A stretch of 64,000 bases of DNA. It comes from Bryobacterales bacterium (GTDB lineage: Bacteria; Acidobacteriota; Terriglobia; Bryobacterales; UBA6623). Position numbers and translations under genes: made by a program. Position 1 is the stretch's first letter, and each line of letters begins with the position of its first letter. The stretch is from positions 1,127,445 through 1,191,444 of the forward strand of contig CAXWPK010000006.1 in assembly GCA_963667885.2 (NCBI GenBank), read 5' to 3'. Positions 62,468 to 64,000 of the stretch are shown here, piece after piece. Below the pieces are notes generated by a model. It saw only the letters and a program-made list of their open reading frames with translations, was not told where the DNA came from and made no database searches.

Positions 62468-63832
62468 CTAGCGAGTCCGCAGACGGTTGTAGGCGAGGGC
62501 TCCACCAGCGATCGTGAGCAGCGTTCCCATCGCTTCCCAACTCTTCCCCCAGGCGAAGTAGACGAAGATCAACGCATTAGCCGACGTGTAAAACACGGGG
62601 ATGATCGGCCAGCCGAAGCTGACCGCACCGAGTCGCTTCCAACCTGGGCGTTTCCGGAACTGGAAGACCGCAAACACCGACAGCGACGAAAACAGCCACA
62701 GCGTAAAGCCGATGTAGTAGCCGAGTGTCTCGAACGTACCCGTCAAGATCAGCAGGATCGTGAACGCGCCCTGCGCCATGATCGCCACGTACGGCGTCTT
62801 CCACTTTGGATGCACCTTCGCTGCCGCGGGGAAGAACGCTCGGTTCTTTGCCATCGCGTAGTACACCCGTGGCCCCACCAGACACATGGCGTTAATCGTC
62901 GCCAGCAGCGACGCAGCCATCGCGATCGCGAAGAACCGCCCACCCGCTCCGCCGAACAACGATTCGGCCGCCTGAGCGCCAACCGCGACGACTCCCTTCA
63001 TCTGCTCTAGCGGATTGGCGTAGATGAACAGACAATTCAGTGCCAGGTAAAAACCCGTGACAAAGATCGCGCCTTGGATCATCGCCCGCGGAAGCGTTTT
63101 TTCGACATCGCGTATCTCTTCCGCGACATAGACCGCCGCATTCCATCCCGAGTAAGCCCAGTACACGAAGACAAGACTAATGAAGAACTGCGGTGTCGTC
63201 GCCATCGATGATGTCCGCTCGGCGGCTTGCGTGAAGTGGCTCCAGTCTCCATTGCCAATGGCAAACCCGAAGATCAATAGCCCGCTCAAGACCGTCAACT
63301 TAAGGACGGTCAGCGCATTCTGCACTCCAGCCGCGACTCCGACTCCGAACAGATTCAACGCGGACAACATCGCGACGATCCCGCAGCCGATCAGCGTTCC
63401 CGCGCCCAAGTTGATCGTGACTGGCCCCAGGGCAATGCGGAGGGCATCGGCACTCTGTGGGTCGAGCGACGGATTGAAATAGGCCAGGTACGACACCATC
63501 GCCAGGCTGGTGACGGCGATCGGTGCTGAGAAGCCAGCCGTAAAGCTGACCCAGCCGTTGATGAAGCCCCATGCCGGGCCATAGCGTTCAGTGAGGTAAA
63601 CGTACTCGCCGCCGGATCGTTGAAAGTTGATTCCCAATTCCGCGTAGCAGAGCGACCCAGCCAGCGCGATCACGCCGCCGACTAGCCAGATCCCAATTAC
63701 GACGGTGGGCGAGCCGAGATCCCCGGCCAGGAACCCGCTGGTGCCGAAGATTCCCGTGCCGACCATATTCGACACCACCAGCGCTGCGGCACTAGCGGGC
63801 CCGATACGGCGTACAAGTTCTGTCGATGACAT
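62468..63832 (-). CDS. APC superfamily amino acid permease
   Basis: 454 aa with 12 TM helices. The N-terminus VVSNMVGTGIFGTSGF is typical of APC transporters. Confidence 0.8.
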   Translation of the reverse strand: MSSTELVRRIGPASAAALVVSNMVGTGIFGTSGFLAGDLGSPTVVIGIWLVGGVIALAGSLCYAELGINFQRSGGEYVYLTERYGPAWGFINGWVSFTAGFSAPIAVTSLAMVSYLAYFNPSLDPQSADALRIALGPVTINLGAGTLIGCGIVAMLSALNLFGVGVAAGVQNALTVLKLTVLSGLLIFGFAIGNGDWSHFTQAAERTSSMATTPQFFISLVFVYWAYSGWNAAVYVAEEIRDVEKTLPRAMIQGAIFVTGFYLALNCLFIYANPLEQMKGVVAVGAQAAESLFGGAGGRFFAIAMAASLLATINAMCLVGPRVYYAMAKNRAFFPAAAKVHPKWKTPYVAIMAQGAFTILLILTGTFETLGYYIGFTLWLFSSLSVFAVFQFRKRPGWKRLGAVSFGWPIIPVFYTSANALIFVYFAWGKSWEAMGTLLTIAGGALAYNRLRTR

Positions 63833-64000
63833 GCAGGTTTAGCGGGCAGTCGCAATCTTCAGCTCAGCGACCGATTCGCGGCTTGATCGATCCATGTTCG
63901 CAGCTACGCATGGCTAGTTGCTGAGCGAACTCTCGTCGTTCTTGAAAGACAATGCGTCTGCGTGAACTGAGGCATGAGAAACCATCTTAGGCGCTGCGTC

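Overview
Visibly GC-rich bacterial chromosomal segment with about 55 protein-coding genes. I found no rRNA, convincing tRNA or CRISPR array by eye. The gene content points to Acidobacteriota of the Solibacter/Bryobacter type: a PEP-CTERM protein, a metzincin with TIG and Solibacter-type C-terminal domains, DUF1501, DUF1080 and a Tad module. This taxonomic call is inference only. Layout: (i) 1-13 kb is a surface-polysaccharide locus (pyruvyl transferase, Wzx-like flippase, two GT4 glycosyltransferases, AsnB-type amidotransferase, SAM methyltransferase). It is being eroded by mobile DNA: two copies of a 1318-bp IS481-like element split asnB and the methyltransferase, and a decayed IS1182-like transposase lies between them. 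(ii) 13-22 kb holds housekeeping genes (psd-pssA, lptE-holA, rpsT, mobA, tsaC, galE, a PPi-type phosphofructokinase) plus two more decayed polysaccharide-modification genes. (iii) 23-29 kb is a tightly packed minus-strand operon: an ATP/ADP-translocase-like (TLC) membrane domain fused to HEAT repeats, a stand-alone cNMP-binding protein, a GAF-PAS histidine kinase, and a receiver/coiled-coil response regulator. This is my best candidate for an uncharacterised system. (iv) 29-45 kb contains a secreted-protein/metzincin pair behind a perfect sigma-54 consensus, an S41 protease, PhzF, lysC, a fully degenerate pseudo histidine kinase translationally coupled to an alkyltransferase-like (ATL) protein, an M3 peptidase, a P-domain PEP-CTERM protein, cytochrome c and a UxaA-type dehydratase. 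(v) A third IS copy clips the 3' end of msrB just upstream of a minimal cpaB-cpaF-tadB-tadC module. (vi) 51-64 kb contains thiL, an M23 peptidase, DUF1501, DsbA, an MFS transporter, DUF1080, a SnoaL tandem, acnA and an APC permease. All functional calls rest on motifs read from the supplied translations. No database search was run.
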